A stretch of 64,000 nucleotides of DNA, taken from the NCBI GenBank assembly GCA_035352635.1, contig DAOPYA010000009.1:1745-65744 (forward strand). The letters run 5' to 3'. Numbering within the stretch: the first letter of the stretch is position 1; each line of letters opens with the position of its first letter. Origin of the DNA: Candidatus Rifleibacterium sp. (GTDB lineage Bacteria > Muiribacteriota > Ozemobacteria > Ozemobacterales > Ozemobacteraceae). The notes under the pieces were generated by a model. That model ran no database searches. It was not told the DNA's origin and saw only the letters and a list, made by a program, of their open reading frames with translations. The position numbers and the translations under genes are program-made. This document shows positions 63,245-64,000 of this stretch, piece by piece.

Positions 63245-64000
63245 TTATTTCCAGGTGCGGGTTCGGGTGAGCTTCTGCCCACCCTCGTTGACGGTCAGTT
63301 CGATGAAACCAGGTTCATTGATGTCGCTGGCGACCGAAAACTCGACCACCTGCACATTGTTGATGATCTGCCCGAGTTTTTTAAACCAGTCAGCCAGTTT
63401 GCTGCTGTCGGGAACATAGGAATAGAAGCCGTCGGTACTGTTCGAAAGGTTGCGCAGGTTCGTAACTTCGAGCCAGCCAAAACCAAAGACGAAAACCGAG
63501 ACATTGTGCATCTGGCAACGTCTGATTACGTCATCAATGCTGGCTAGCGAAGCGTTGTCGTTGCCGTCGGTATTCAAAATAACAAACCTGAAGTGCGGCC
63601 GAGCCTGGATCTTGTCGACACCGGTGTCGATACCATCAAAAAGAGAGGTGTTCTGAAGGGGTATGCGCTTCTTAATCGCGGCTTCTAGTATGGCTTTGTC
63701 AGTGGTCAGCGTCTGAACCTCATGAACCTTGTTATTGAACTTGATAACCCCCGCTGAGAACGGAATCAGTATTTGCCCGATCAGCGCCGATAAATTGGTT
63801 TCGATGGCTGTCAGGTCTTCAGGGAACATGCTGCCGGAATAGTCCATGACGCTGGAAAAGCTTATCGGATCAGCCATATCGGTGTAAACGTGCAGTGGCC
63901 TGACCCGATCGACAACAATACTGAGACTGGCCCCGGCTTTATCTTTGCCGCTGATAGTCACATTGGCAGCATTAATGACCTTGACAGGGCTTGCATCTTT
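63245..64000 (-). CDS. von Willebrand factor A domain protein, 5' end outside the window
   Basis: The frame stays open to the window edge. FRFVILNTDGNDNAS...VSVFVFGFG is the vWA beta-strand/MIDAS-adjacent pattern. Confidence 0.7.
   Translation of the reverse strand, partial: KDASPVKVINAANVTISGKDKAGASLSIVVDRVRPLHVYTDMADPISFSSVMDYSGSMFPEDLTAIETNLSALIGQILIPFSAGVIKFNNKVHEVQTLTTDKAILEAAIKKRIPLQNTSLFDGIDTGVDKIQARPHFRFVILNTDGNDNASLASIDDVIRRCQMHNVSVFVFGFGWLEVTNLRNLSNSTDGFYSYVPDSSKLADWFKKLGQIINNVQVVEFSVASDINEPGFIELTVNEGGQKLTRTRTWK

Noticed and set aside
1-64000. Search by eye for tRNA, rRNA, tmRNA, integrase/transposase, reverse transcriptase, Cas or phage structural genes
   Set aside because: None was recognised in any intergenic region or ORF translation. 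The TA islet therefore has no identifiable mobility gene inside this window.

Overview
This is a 64-kb chromosomal segment of a diderm bacterium, judged from lipoprotein signal peptides, beta-barrel-type C-termini, a LolA-like protein and pseudopilins. It holds roughly 50 protein genes. I saw no rRNA, tRNA or CRISPR array by eye. All functional calls rest on my recognition of motifs in the supplied translations; no database search was run. Content in order: (1) 0.4-4.9 kb is a toxin-antitoxin islet. It has an AbiEi antitoxin plus an AbiEii toxin whose ORF is split by a 181-bp hairpin-rich insertion. It also has a wHTH-nucleotidyltransferase / HEPN-like / XRE three-gene operon preceded by a 21-bp-phased tandem repeat, a nucleotidyltransferase-fold gene remnant, and a RelE/HigB-like toxin with an HTH antitoxin and an apparently leaderless promoter. 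A ~35-bp direct repeat brackets the inner 2.7 kb. (2) mtaB and secreted/lipoprotein/OMP genes follow. (3) 10.6-23.6 kb is the object I rate highest: a tightly packed co-directional cluster. It encodes an adenylation-carrier-HMG-CoA-reductase-like tri-domain enzyme, a formyltransferase-fold protein, an OleC-like adenylating enzyme, a UbiA-like membrane protein, a rifampin-phosphotransferase-like PEP-utilising enzyme and a BtaA-like (DUF3419) SAM aminocarboxypropyl transferase, followed by a LolA-like protein and a beta-barrel. I infer an undescribed lipid/amphiphile biosynthesis-and-export system. (4) Next come a secreted protein, a 10-haem cytochrome c and an M20 peptidase. (5) An HD-GYP phosphodiesterase lies downstream of an 11-kb gene for a 3,685-aa surface protein with at least 18 Ig-like repeats and an internal polyglycine domain. 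(6) Then ssb, DUF218, comEC, comEA, a LeuRS-derived protein lacking the catalytic core, DUF2225, a QueE-like protein lacking the radical-SAM cysteines, ligA, a propeller protein, a solute-binding protein, a MazG-like protein and an M28 peptidase. (7) The window ends with an orphan pseudopilin trio, a polysaccharide deacetylase, hfq with a clean terminator, a 1,000-aa TPR protein and a vWA protein running off the window.
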